The translations under genes and the position numbers were made by a program. The notes beneath the pieces were generated by a model, which saw only the letters and a list, made by a program, of their open reading frames with translations, was not told the DNA's origin and did not search any database. 32,000 nucleotides of DNA from Synechocystis sp. PCC 6803 substr. PCC-P. Lineage in GTDB: Bacteria; Cyanobacteriota; Cyanobacteriia; Cyanobacteriales; Microcystaceae. Positions within the stretch are counted from its first letter, which is position 1, and the number at the start of each line of letters is the position of its first letter. Below are positions 19,900-29,400 of this stretch, piece after piece. The stretch is taken from the NCBI RefSeq assembly GCF_000284455.1, contig NC_017039.1, positions 690,001 to 722,000 of the forward strand. Direction: 5' to 3'.

Positions 19900-19981
19900 C
19901 AACCGAGCTGCACCGGAACGCCATAAGCTGTTTGGTTGGGTTACAAAGGTTATCTGCGTCTGGTGAGCTTAGTCGTTAGGC
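19895..19981 (+). repeat. attC recombination site 3
   Basis: ACTAAC-AACCG-AGCTgCACC ... GGTGAGCT-TAGTC-GTTAGGC: 5-bp R stem, symmetric 5-nt unpaired spacers, 8-bp L stem with a single extrahelical G. Confidence 0.75.
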
Positions 19982-20066
19982 CCCATACAAAATTTAAGAC
20001 CTACCCACCAGAACTTCTTTGTCACCAGATTCTTACTGTAAGCGCCTCCGTGCTTTTGCAATCGTC

Positions 20067-20134
20067 CATGGCGATCGCCAGCAACGTTATGGTCGCCAGA
20101 TAGCAGAAAAAATTGTTGCCCAAATTGGCTAATG
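20067..20134 (+). pseudogene. Remnant of the 3' end of the slr1395-like gene
   Basis: Reads HGDRQQRYGRQIAEKIVAQIG-stop; 20094-20126 matches 17195-17227 at 31/33 nt, both differences synonymous third-position changes. Confidence 0.7.
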
Positions 20135-20137
20135 ATA

Positions 20138-21079
20138 TTAGTTGATAAAAACTGATAGCCGTTGCTGTAAATCACAATTGAGCCAGGAAAAATAAGTGGG
20201 ATAAACTGGAAACCTTGGTTGCAATAAATAGCCATTTTCTTCTAGCAATTGACTTAGTTGATTCACCGATTGGTGATGATAATCAGGGTTAACTTCATCA
20301 ATGGGTACAATGCCACCTAAATCCCTAACTCCAGCAGCTAAACAAGCTAGTAGATCACTGAAATTTGGCACTAAATTAGGCGGTATTTGTAGGGTAATTT
20401 CTGCGGGTAATATTGCCCTTGCTAAGGTAATAACTTGCACCAATTTTTGTGGGCTGTAGGCGGAAATATTATCTGTTTGTTTTTGCCCAGGGCTATGGGG
20501 TTGCAAAATCACCTCTTGAATGTGGCCGTATTCTTGTTGAACATTGGCGATCGCCATTAAACTCTCTTCCACTTCCTGGTCAGTTTCCCCAATGCCCAGT
20601 AATAAGCCAGTGGTGAAAGGAATACCCAATTCCCCTGCTAATCGTAATTGTTCTAACCTGAGCTGGGGTTCTTTACTGGGGGCTTGACGATGCACTGTGG
20701 TTAATAGTCGGGGAGAAACCTGTTCCAGCATCAACCCCAGGGAAAAATTCACTTCCTTTAAACGAGCTATTTCTGATCGACTTAAAGGCCCCGCATTGGT
20801 GTGGGGATAAAATCCCAAATCTAGGGCGATTTTGCCTAGGTTATAAATAAGTTCAAACCAAGCTTTTCGGCGGGAAGATTGGGGATGCACTTCCCCCGCC
20901 AGAATTAAAATTTCCCTTATCCCCCGCCCTGCCAAACTTTCCAGTCGCTGTTTAGCAACGCTTTCGGTTAACCATTGGTCTTTTCTTGGCTCCTGCCGGA
21001 AATTGCAGTAACTACAACGGTTAAAACACTCGTAGGTGGGAACCAGAGTATAGGCGGGACTGTAAGTGATAGACAACAC
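20138..21079 (-). CDS. cofG: 7,8-didemethyl-8-hydroxy-5-deazariboflavin synthase subunit CofG (radical SAM)
   Basis: 313 aa; YECFNRCSYCNFR radical SAM CxxxCxxC; NAGPLSRSEIARLKEVNFSLGLMLEQVSPRL; QEVILQPHSPG. Confidence 0.9.
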   Translation of the reverse strand: MLSITYSPAYTLVPTYECFNRCSYCNFRQEPRKDQWLTESVAKQRLESLAGRGIREILILAGEVHPQSSRRKAWFELIYNLGKIALDLGFYPHTNAGPLSRSEIARLKEVNFSLGLMLEQVSPRLLTTVHRQAPSKEPQLRLEQLRLAGELGIPFTTGLLLGIGETDQEVEESLMAIANVQQEYGHIQEVILQPHSPGQKQTDNISAYSPQKLVQVITLARAILPAEITLQIPPNLVPNFSDLLACLAAGVRDLGGIVPIDEVNPDYHHQSVNQLSQLLEENGYLLQPRFPVYPTYFSWLNCDLQQRLSVFIN

Positions 21080-21082
21080 ACT

Positions 21083-21697
21083 TCAACTCAAAAAAGACTT
21101 TAACCGAGCCAACGCCATGGGAGGAATGGCATGACCCATGGGAAATTCTTGATATTCCACTGAGGCCCCAATGCTTTCCAGTTCAGCCTTGGCCTGTTGA
21201 GCCATCCGCAGTGGTACTACCGGATCTTCGGTGCCATGGATTAACAAGATAGGGGCGATCGCCTGGGGTTGGGATTCCGGCTGGAAATGGAGATAGCCGC
21301 TCAGGGAAAAAATTTTAGCCAGGGGCAATGTTAAGCCCACATCCAGAGCCATGGCTCCCCCCTGGGAAAAGCCTCCCAGTATAGTTCTGGCCAGGGGAAT
21401 GCCCGTTTCCTCTGCTAAACCCAATAAATAGGCTCGTAAACCCTGTCTTGCTTGGGCCAAACCTTCAAAATTTTGACTTTCGAGGTCATACCAAGCCCGG
21501 CCCTGGGGAATTTGGGGATGGGTAAAGGGGGCATTAACAAAGCGCCACTGATAATTAGGTAAGTCCAACATGGGAGCCAGGTCTGACAAATCCCGAGCAT
21601 CAGCCCCCCAACCATGGAGCATCACGAGTAAATAACTAGAATCCGTTGGTGTAACTGCTGGGTCTGGGTAGGCGATCGCCGAAAAATGTAGAGCCAT
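21083..21697 (-). CDS. Carboxylesterase/phospholipase-like alpha/beta hydrolase
   Basis: 204 aa; GGFSQGGAMALDVG nucleophile elbow; HGTEDPVVPLRMA. Confidence 0.85.
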   Translation of the reverse strand: MALHFSAIAYPDPAVTPTDSSYLLVMLHGWGADARDLSDLAPMLDLPNYQWRFVNAPFTHPQIPQGRAWYDLESQNFEGLAQARQGLRAYLLGLAEETGIPLARTILGGFSQGGAMALDVGLTLPLAKIFSLSGYLHFQPESQPQAIAPILLIHGTEDPVVPLRMAQQAKAELESIGASVEYQEFPMGHAIPPMALARLKSFLS

Positions 21698-21709
21698 GGC
21701 AGGGCAATG

Positions 21710-22885
21710 CTAACGATTTAACTGGGTGAGGCTGGCGGACTGGTAATAATGGGACAAAATTTGTTGGTAGGGGGTACCTTTTTGGGCTAGACCGTAGGCT
21801 CCCCACTGACTTAGGCCAATGCCATGGCCAGAACCACGGCCTGTAATGGTGAAATTATCGCCATTTCTCGACACAGTGAACAGAGTGCTCCGGAGTTTTA
21901 ATGCCTGACGAATGGCATTGCCAGTTAAAGTTTTGCGCCCCCCGGTGCCATTGACTTGAATGGAAGCAATGCGACCCCTGGGAGTAACTTTGAGAGGGGT
22001 TAAACCGGTAACAGTGCCAATGCCCCCAATGTGTCGGCTCAAATCACGGTTACTGAAGGTTTGGTTCCAGCTAAACACCGGCGAACTTTGGTCATAATCC
22101 ACCACTCCCCGTAGATAGGGCAGGGGCGACATCCATACGTCTTCAACATTTTCCGTATGGCCCCCAGAGGCGGCATGGAACGCAGCCAAAATCACCTTGC
22201 CGTTGTAGGTCATTACCTGGCCCGCCGTGGCTTCTACTGCTTCCACCGTGCTGACATATTCGTTATTCATCCCCTTATAAACCTGGGTGGCCGTGGTGGT
22301 GTCCAGGTCGTAGTAACGGTTACTGTCCTTGCTAGTTTGATAGATGGCGTAGGTGCGGGCGGCTACAGCTTGGGCTTTTAGGGCTTCCAGGGGCCAGGAG
22401 GGAATGGCTTCGGAACCTACCACACTGTATAAATACTCTTCAATATCCACTAGATTAACCGCGCTGACCCCATTGCCTTGGCGGATTAGACGCACCTTGC
22501 CCCGATACCAACGATCGCCGATCCAAATGCGGCCGTCTCCACTAGGTTCAATGGTGATTTGGGAAGCCTGCATACCAGCCAGGTTAATGTTGCGACCGGA
22601 GGCAGTGGCGTTGGCGGGGACAAGGGAATCTAAGCGGCCAATGGTGGCTCCCCCGGCATTTTTCACCAAGGCTGGGGTGGAACTGCCCACTCCGACATTA
22701 CTAACACCCTTACTGATGGCAACCCGTAATTCCATCGCCTGGGCGGATAAAGTCCAAGCCAGGGAAATAATTAAACCGAAAAAACTAGATTTACCAATTA
22801 GTTGTAACCAGGGGAGGAGAACCCGTAAGTTTGTCGGCAGGGAACCCCCTGTTTTGGTCGTAAATTCCATGACAAATTTCCTCAC
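21710..22885 (-). CDS. SpoIID/LytB-domain protein (SpoIID homolog)
   Basis: 391 aa; NLVDIEEYLYSVVGSEAIPSWPLEALKAQAVAARTYAIY ... AAFHAASGGHTENVEDVW ... GRGSGHGIGLSQWGAYGLAQKG. Confidence 0.92.
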   Translation of the reverse strand: MRKFVMEFTTKTGGSLPTNLRVLLPWLQLIGKSSFFGLIISLAWTLSAQAMELRVAISKGVSNVGVGSSTPALVKNAGGATIGRLDSLVPANATASGRNINLAGMQASQITIEPSGDGRIWIGDRWYRGKVRLIRQGNGVSAVNLVDIEEYLYSVVGSEAIPSWPLEALKAQAVAARTYAIYQTSKDSNRYYDLDTTTATQVYKGMNNEYVSTVEAVEATAGQVMTYNGKVILAAFHAASGGHTENVEDVWMSPLPYLRGVVDYDQSSPVFSWNQTFSNRDLSRHIGGIGTVTGLTPLKVTPRGRIASIQVNGTGGRKTLTGNAIRQALKLRSTLFTVSRNGDNFTITGRGSGHGIGLSQWGAYGLAQKGTPYQQILSHYYQSASLTQLNR

Positions 22886-23032
22886 AGCACAATCTACCGG
22901 TCAATCCTAACCAAGGTAGCTGTTGCCGGGGATTTTGCCAAGCCAGTTACAGCGCCGACCAAAGGGGGAAAGATCGTTAAAATAACGGTGGTTATCCACT
23001 GGGCAAGTTTTTTGTAGAGGAAATAAACTTCG

Positions 23033-23881
23033 ATGGAATGGCGTGAAATTTCTGGCAGTTGGGTTCTAGTGCCGCCCCAACCGATCGCCGTGGTGCATTT
23101 TCTCGGGGGAGCTTTTGTCGGTACGGCCCCCAATGTGGCCTATCGTTGGTTACTAACGGAATTAGGTAAAGCTGGTTATGTGGTGGTGGCCACCCCCTTC
23201 GTCAACACCTTCGACCACCAGGCGATCGCCCGTAGTGTGCTGAATCGCTTTGAAATTATTCTGGAAAGATTGCAAAAACAAGGGGAAATTACCACTGGTT
23301 TACTGCCGGTATACGGCTTAGGCCATAGCTTGGGTTGTAAACTACATCTACTCATTGGCAGTTTGTACGAGGTGGAGCGGGCCGGCAATATCCTCGTTGC
23401 GTTTAATAACTATCCCGTTAAACAGGCTATTCCCTTTGGGGAACAATTAGCCCAACTGCAACTGGATAAATTCCTCACAGGGGTGCAAAAACAATTAAGA
23501 CAGCTCAATCTCCAGGTGGATTTAAATTTTGAATTTACTCCATCCCCGGAGGAAACCAACCTTTTAATCGCCGAAAATTATCGAGTGCGGCGTAATTTAT
23601 TAATTAAATTTTCCAACGATGATATTGACCAAACCCTGGGCTTAAGGCCAATTTTAAATCAACAAACCGCTGACCTAGTGGCCTACTGTCCCCTACCTGG
23701 CAATCATTTGACTCCTTTGGGGCAAGACATTCAATGGGAAACCGGCCAGGAATTTTCCCCCTTAGACGCAGTGGGGCAATGGTTGAAAAATTCCCTTTCC
23801 CAGGATTTGAGGCGACTGCAAAAGGAAATTCTCCGTTGGCTAGAACCGACTCGTTTCTATAGCGGTTTTGATAATCTATAA
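23033..23881 (+). CDS. DUF1350-family alpha/beta-hydrolase-like protein
   Basis: 282 aa; MEWREISGSWVLVPPQPIAVVHFLGGAFVGTAPNVAYRWLLTELGKAGYVVVATPFVNTFDHQ ... VYGLGHSLGCKLHLLI. Confidence 0.85.
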   Translation: MEWREISGSWVLVPPQPIAVVHFLGGAFVGTAPNVAYRWLLTELGKAGYVVVATPFVNTFDHQAIARSVLNRFEIILERLQKQGEITTGLLPVYGLGHSLGCKLHLLIGSLYEVERAGNILVAFNNYPVKQAIPFGEQLAQLQLDKFLTGVQKQLRQLNLQVDLNFEFTPSPEETNLLIAENYRVRRNLLIKFSNDDIDQTLGLRPILNQQTADLVAYCPLPGNHLTPLGQDIQWETGQEFSPLDAVGQWLKNSLSQDLRRLQKEILRWLEPTRFYSGFDNL

Positions 23882-24280
23882 ATGCGAAAGAGGGTGGGTA
23901 AAAAAGCGATACTCCTCCACCGGACGGTTTTGCAAAATATGCTCTTGGAGAATTTTTTCCATTACTGTGGGGGTCACGTTCCGGTACCAAATGCCCTCTG
24001 GATATACCAGTAAAATTGGCCCCTGCTGGCAAACCCGCAAACAATTAGCCTTAGTGCGGAAAATGTTCCCATCACGACTGGACTGAGTGCAATCCAGCCC
24101 CAACTCCGGCAAACGCTTTTTCAGATAATCCCAGGTGGCGAGGCTATCTTCTTTGCTACAGCATTTCGGTTTTGTTTGGTCACAACAGAGAAACAGATGC
24201 CGTTGAATGCGCCCAAGGCCTAAACGTTGGCAACTATCGACAATGGTTTCTGAGGGAGTTATGGGGACAGGGTTTTCCAT
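23876..24280 (-). CDS. 2Fe-2S thioredoxin-like ferredoxin domain protein
   Basis: 134 aa; HLFLCCDQTKPKCC ... DCTQSSRDGNIFRTKANCLRVCQQGPILLVYPEGIWYRNVTPTVMEKILQEHI. Confidence 0.88.
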   Translation of the reverse strand: MENPVPITPSETIVDSCQRLGLGRIQRHLFLCCDQTKPKCCSKEDSLATWDYLKKRLPELGLDCTQSSRDGNIFRTKANCLRVCQQGPILLVYPEGIWYRNVTPTVMEKILQEHILQNRPVEEYRFFTHPLSHL

Positions 24281-24360
24281 GGAAATGTGCGCGAAAACTG
24301 AATAATCGCCTTATAGTTGGAGAGAATAAAGCCCCGTGGCCTTGCCCCACCAAAATCATT

Positions 24361-24453
24361 ATGTTTAAAGATTGGAACTTTGATGACTGGATGAACCATT
24401 TAATGATGCTATTGACCCTGTTGGGTTTGGCCATTATTTGGTTTGTGATTTAA
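24361..24453 (+). CDS. Possible 30-aa single-TM small protein
   Basis: ATG MFKDWNFDDWMNHLMMLLTLLGLAIIWFVI stop, inside the longer ORF-track frame 24172-24453; otherwise non-coding gap. Confidence 0.25.
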   Translation: MFKDWNFDDWMNHLMMLLTLLGLAIIWFVI

Positions 24454-24566
24454 GGACTACTTGGCACGTAGTTCCATTCTTCCAAGCATTAGTGGGAGCA
24501 ACTGTGGAGCAATAAAGAGTTTTGTTAGTCTAAGCTAAAAAACCCCGTTTACCTGCCGTTTTTTGC

Positions 24567-26255
24567 TTAGTCTCCCAATAATTCAAGGAATTGGGCTTCT
24601 GATAACTGCGCGATGCCGAGCTTCTGGGCTTTTTTCAGCTTTGCCCCCGGAGCTTTGCCCACCACAATGTAATCGGTTTTACCGCTGGGAGTGCCAGTGC
24701 ATTCAGCCCCCACATTTTGGAGTCTGGTTTTAGCTTCCTCTCGGTTCATGGCGTTGAGGGTACCGAGAATGACAACTTTTTTCTCAGCTAGGGGATGGGC
24801 ACCTTCCTCATTACTGGGGACAGTGGCTACTGGATCGGTGATGGTTTCTGTTTCCACCGTAGGGGCAACATCTTCGCTGGTAGCAACTGGGGCAACTGTT
24901 TTATTTTCCCTCGGCGGCTCAGTTTTTTCCACCGCTTTAACTTGCTTTTCCTCTTGGTCCAAAACCTCGTCAACAGCTTTAGCAGTGGATTTTTTCGCTG
25001 GAGACGCAGGAGCTTTGGTTGCTTGGGCTGCTGGTGGGACTGGAGTCGGTTCCGGTTCTGGTTCAACCTTTTCCGCTTGAACTGATTTGGGCGATTCTTG
25101 TTTAACCTCAACGGTTACCGGAGGAGAAGGGGATACCACAGGTGCTTCCTGGGCTGGTGCAGTTGCAACTGCTTTAGTTTTTTCCGGCACCTCAGAAGGA
25201 GGCTCGCCTTTAGCCTTAGCTAAGTTTTCCTGTAGGGCCGCCAATTCTTGTTGAAGTTGGGTTACTTGCCCCTGGGCAGATTGCAGGGCAGCGGCCTGTT
25301 CTTTTTTCTCAGTTTTAAGGCGATCGCCTTCGGCCTGGGTAGTTTCCAGTTTGACTTTTAATTCGGCATTGGCCAGGGCTAGTTCTTTTTGCGCTTCCTC
25401 TAGTTGATTGAGCTTAGCCGTGAGTTGGCTTCGTTCCCCTTGCCATTGTTCTTCCTGTTGGCCTAGGCGATCGAGGGCGGCCTGTAGATTTTCTGCTTGG
25501 GTCTGGGCTGACTGACTTTGTTGCCTTGCGGTCTGTAATTCCTGTTGAACTTGATCCCGTTCCGCAGTCAGTTGTCGTACCTGCTCTTCCCATTGGGACG
25601 CCTGACTATTCCATTGAGCTTGTTCTTGCTCATGTCTTTGTTGCCAGAGCTTTTCCTGGGATGCTAAACGTTGCTCGATCGCCTTAGCTTGATTTTGTTC
25701 TACATAGCTGAGTTGGTCACTCAACTGTTGATTGCGAGTCACTAAAGAATTCAACTGAACCAGTTTAGGCCGAGTTTCCGCCACTTCATTGACCGCTTGC
25801 TTAAGGCGATCGGACAAGTTGGTATTTTCCTGGAGCAATTCTTGATTGAGCTTTTGCAGACCAACAAATTTTTCGCTTTGGATGTCGTCATAGTGGGCCA
25901 ACTGATGTTGCAGAGCGGCTACCATTTTTTCTTGGGCTTGGTAATTTTCTGTCAACTGATTCCTTTCCGCCAAGGCATTTTCCAAGGAAGCCTGGACGGA
26001 TTGCAAATCTTTTTCTAAACGACGCAATTTTCCCTTGGCATGGATGACAGCTTCTGGAGATTCCCCATCGTTTTCGGGGGCAACTTCTTTTACCGCCGGA
26101 GTTCCAGAGCCAGCGATTAAAGTGGGAGGCTGATCGGAGGGTTGGGATTGGGCCAGTTTTTTTTCTAGGGCGCGACGACTATTCCAGACATATATGCCGC
26201 TGCCTAAGGCCAAAACCAATCCGCTTAAGGGGTAGCTCAATTCCAATGGGGTCAT
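24567..26255 (-). CDS. Membrane-anchored coiled-coil protein with C-terminal BRCT domain
   Basis: 562 aa; N-terminal TM, long Gln/Glu-rich coiled coil, Pro/Glu/Ala-rich linker, C-terminal LigA-type BRCT (KKVVILGTLNAMNREEAKTRLQNVGAECTGTPSGKTDYIVVGKAPGAKLKKAQKLGIAQLSEAQFLELL). Confidence 0.85.
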   Translation of the reverse strand: MTPLELSYPLSGLVLALGSGIYVWNSRRALEKKLAQSQPSDQPPTLIAGSGTPAVKEVAPENDGESPEAVIHAKGKLRRLEKDLQSVQASLENALAERNQLTENYQAQEKMVAALQHQLAHYDDIQSEKFVGLQKLNQELLQENTNLSDRLKQAVNEVAETRPKLVQLNSLVTRNQQLSDQLSYVEQNQAKAIEQRLASQEKLWQQRHEQEQAQWNSQASQWEEQVRQLTAERDQVQQELQTARQQSQSAQTQAENLQAALDRLGQQEEQWQGERSQLTAKLNQLEEAQKELALANAELKVKLETTQAEGDRLKTEKKEQAAALQSAQGQVTQLQQELAALQENLAKAKGEPPSEVPEKTKAVATAPAQEAPVVSPSPPVTVEVKQESPKSVQAEKVEPEPEPTPVPPAAQATKAPASPAKKSTAKAVDEVLDQEEKQVKAVEKTEPPRENKTVAPVATSEDVAPTVETETITDPVATVPSNEEGAHPLAEKKVVILGTLNAMNREEAKTRLQNVGAECTGTPSGKTDYIVVGKAPGAKLKKAQKLGIAQLSEAQFLELLGD

Positions 26256-26410
26256 CCACCGTCTCCTCGATCAAAAACATCAACGCCAATCGCCACTGGA
26301 CTGGACTCTAGATCCTCTTATAGCAAGTTTAGGAACCTTTTATGGGACGACGGGGCGAAATAGTCGCAAAACTTAATCGAGGCAGGAGGCCAGGAGCCTT
26401 AGCCCACTCT

Positions 26411-29400
26411 CTAAAATTCCCCGCCATGGGAATTTACTATTTTTTGTCCTATTTCTAGATCAATTAATCCATTGCTCTGTTCAATGTGCTTAATCAATTC
26501 CCTATAGGCTGGAGCGAATTGCAACTGGGATGAATTACCTAAAATGACTAGCTTACTTTTTGCCCTGGAAATACTGACCAATAATTTCCGGTCTGTTCCC
26601 TGGCGATCGCCATCAGCGATGCTTTGAATATTTTTAACCTGCTTAGACCAAGAAATGGTAGTGGAAAAAATAATTAATTCTCTTTCATCCCCCTGGAATC
26701 TTTCCACCGTATCCACCACAATGGAATCCCTTGAAAAATCAGCGCCAGCAAAAATTTTTTCCAATTGTTGATTAATTTCCGCTACCTGAGCCCGAAAAGG
26801 AGCAATAATGCCAATTTCTGCCATTGGCAACAGTTTGTTTTCCCAGTAAGTTTTGACGATGGTCGCCGCAATGATGGCTTCGTTAGTATTCTTGCGCTGA
26901 ATACTAGTTTCCGATGGGGTTTCAATAAAAATAGTTCTACTCTTACTCAATTTACTTAACAAGTCATTGTCATTATTTTCGTAACTTGACTCAATTTTTC
27001 GCTGTTCCTGTGTTTGCTCCACCAAAGGGCGATCGTAATGATGGGCTATCAATGAAGCAATATCTCTATGCATACGATAATGCTCAGTTAGTTGTCCGTA
27101 ACAATGATTCCATCCCTTATTTTTGGCATTATTAATTAATCTTTCAAACAAAGATATTCTCAAATCGCTAATGTTAATGGCATAGCGTCGAAATGGCTCA
27201 ACTTCAACTCGACATTCCTCTTCATTTTGAGTAATTACTGCTGGCAGTTGCTTTTGATCACCAATCAAGACAAATTTGTTGAATAAGACCACTATTCCGG
27301 CTAGATCAGCCTCCGTTAATTGGGAAGCTTCATCAATGATTAGCTGATCAAATTCACCAACAAACTCCCTGAGTAATAAATATTTATCTTTAAACGTGGA
27401 AACAGTTGTGACAAATACTTGATTTTCTTGTAAATACTTCCGCCAAAGATCCGCATTATCTCCAGTTAATTTTTCGGCCAGCAAACTTTCATCAACTACA
27501 GTTTTGTTACCTAAACGTAGGTAATCTATTAGCTCTCCATAGCGTGGGGATTTAAGGGCTTTACAAATCTGTTCCACTGCCTTATTCGTAAAAGCCAGGA
27601 TAAAAATATTTTTCTTGTTTAATTTAAGTAAATTTTGTACGTAATTAACCAAAAATATACTAGTCTTCCCCGTACCTGGTGGTCCTTGTAGTAAATAATA
27701 ATGCTTAGCCTCGAGAGCCTGGCAAATAATTTGATTTTGATCATTGCTCAGGTAAATATTTACCTGATAATCTATTAACGCTTTTTGTGGCTCCAAATGC
27801 CCTAAAAGTAATTGTTTTTTCTCCATGGAACAAGACAATACTTCCAACAAACAGACAATACTACTCCAGTAGTTGCGCTCGAAAATATCCGGCTCTAAGG
27901 CCCAAAAATTATATTGCTCGATAAATGAATAGTCATTTTGCTTGTTAAATAAAGAAACTATTATTTGATTCTGATTAATTCCCTTGATCGAACCTTTAAA
28001 AATATGTTGTTTTAACGGTTCATATACACCATTTATTTTGGGATGAATAATTACTATGTCACCAGAACGGAATGAATGGGGCACATCAGTCTGAGTCAAT
28101 GCTAATGAAAGATAACTTTTCTCTTTGTCAACCTTGATTAGTTTAAGATCATAAATTAAGCGATAATTATTTTGTTTAACATTAAAATTATCTAGCCACA
28201 AACTAGCAAACCCTGTCGATGTTTGATGCTTATCTTCCAACTCAGATTGCTGATGATCTGATATTTTATTGTTAATTAATTCCCGTAGAATGAACGAGAG
28301 TAGCTGTTGATAATAGTTTGTCGTCAACTTTTCTGGCTGGTAGTTTTGTTGAAAACGCTTTAATCGTCGTTGATTATATTCTGGTAACTCTCCAGCACCA
28401 TCAGATTTAAGTTTATCTAAGCTAATAAAGTTGCCCGCAGCTAATTGGTAAATTTTGCTAACAATTTCATTTCTGATTTTAATCAACTCATTTTTTTCTT
28501 GAGATTCGCTAACAATATTTCTGCGGGGCTGATCTGATTTTGAGTAAAATATCTCCTTGTTACCCACATAATTTCCGTAGGTACTTTCCAGCATCATGTT
28601 ATATGCCACCACCTGCATTTTATGATTTTTCCATTCTCTACCTGGATAGGGAGCGCCACCACTTTTTAGCTCAATAATATCCTTAGATCCGTTTGAGTCG
28701 ATAGTTAATAAATCTAGTCTTCCTTGTAGACCATAATGTTGTGAAAAAAATGTAGGTTCAATCCAAATTCTTAAGTTTTCTGCCTGTAATCTCTGCACTA
28801 ATTGACTGATGTTAGGTAGATGTTCTTGAACAATCGACGTTTGAATATTTGTCATCTCCTGTTCGCCAAGATAAGCAGATCTCAGAGCATCTGACTTTTT
28901 GTAATCTGTAAAAATTTGAGCAATATTAATTTGCTTATTTCTGACTAGCTCATCTAGGCAGTAACCTACAATGGTTCCTTTAAAAGCTGCAGCACCAGCT
29001 AATTCTCCTACTAGTTTGGTTAGCCAAAAAATATCACTGCTCGTATTTTTGTTGCCAAAACACTCACTGATGGCGCTGGCATCTACCAGAAAGTCCGGCT
29101 CAATAACGATTAATGATTCTGATTTGGCCTGATATTTATTTTCAGCTACTGGCACCAAATTATGGCAAGCGATTAATGTATCTTCCTTCAATATGTCAAT
29201 CAAATAAAATAAATGGGGAGCATTAAACCAATCACACTCTATGACAATGTTTGTTTGTAGGTTTTCTAAATCAAAACCGTAGAGATGAAATGCCCGCTTT
29301 GATTGACTTCTGTGGTGCCCTGTGTATAAAAGCTTCAGGTACTTGGTAGACGGCGATCGCCTTGCTTGAAAAAGCTTGGTAAAATATTGATTGTTATATT

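Larger units (their letters stand above)
17521..19981 (+). mobile_element. Candidate integrase-less integron gene-cassette array (CALIN), three cassettes
   Basis: Three short codirectional orphan ORFs each followed by an attC-like element; outer boundary heptamers GTTAGCT (17521-17527) and GTTAGGC (19975-19981); no HIP1 site inside; no integrase in window. Confidence 0.65.

Noticed and set aside
19969-20235. 88-aa minus-strand ORF overlapping attC3 and the slr1395-like tail remnant
   Set aside because: Antisense to the recognisable RQIAEKIVAQI remnant and crosses the array edge; no domain; overlaps the cofG 3' end.
22353-22910. 185-aa plus-strand ORF
   Set aside because: Antisense to the well-supported SpoIID-like gene.
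22894-23133. 79-aa minus-strand ORF upstream of the SpoIID-like gene
   Set aside because: Overlaps antisense with the start of the DUF1350-like gene and lacks any domain.
23876-23881. 6-nt overlap of convergent DUF1350-like and ferredoxin-like genes
   Set aside because: Real, but such small 3' overlaps are common in compact genomes and suggest nothing special.
24691-25085. Plus-strand ORFs of 96-129 aa
   Set aside because: Antisense to the low-complexity Pro/Glu/Ala linker of the BRCT protein.
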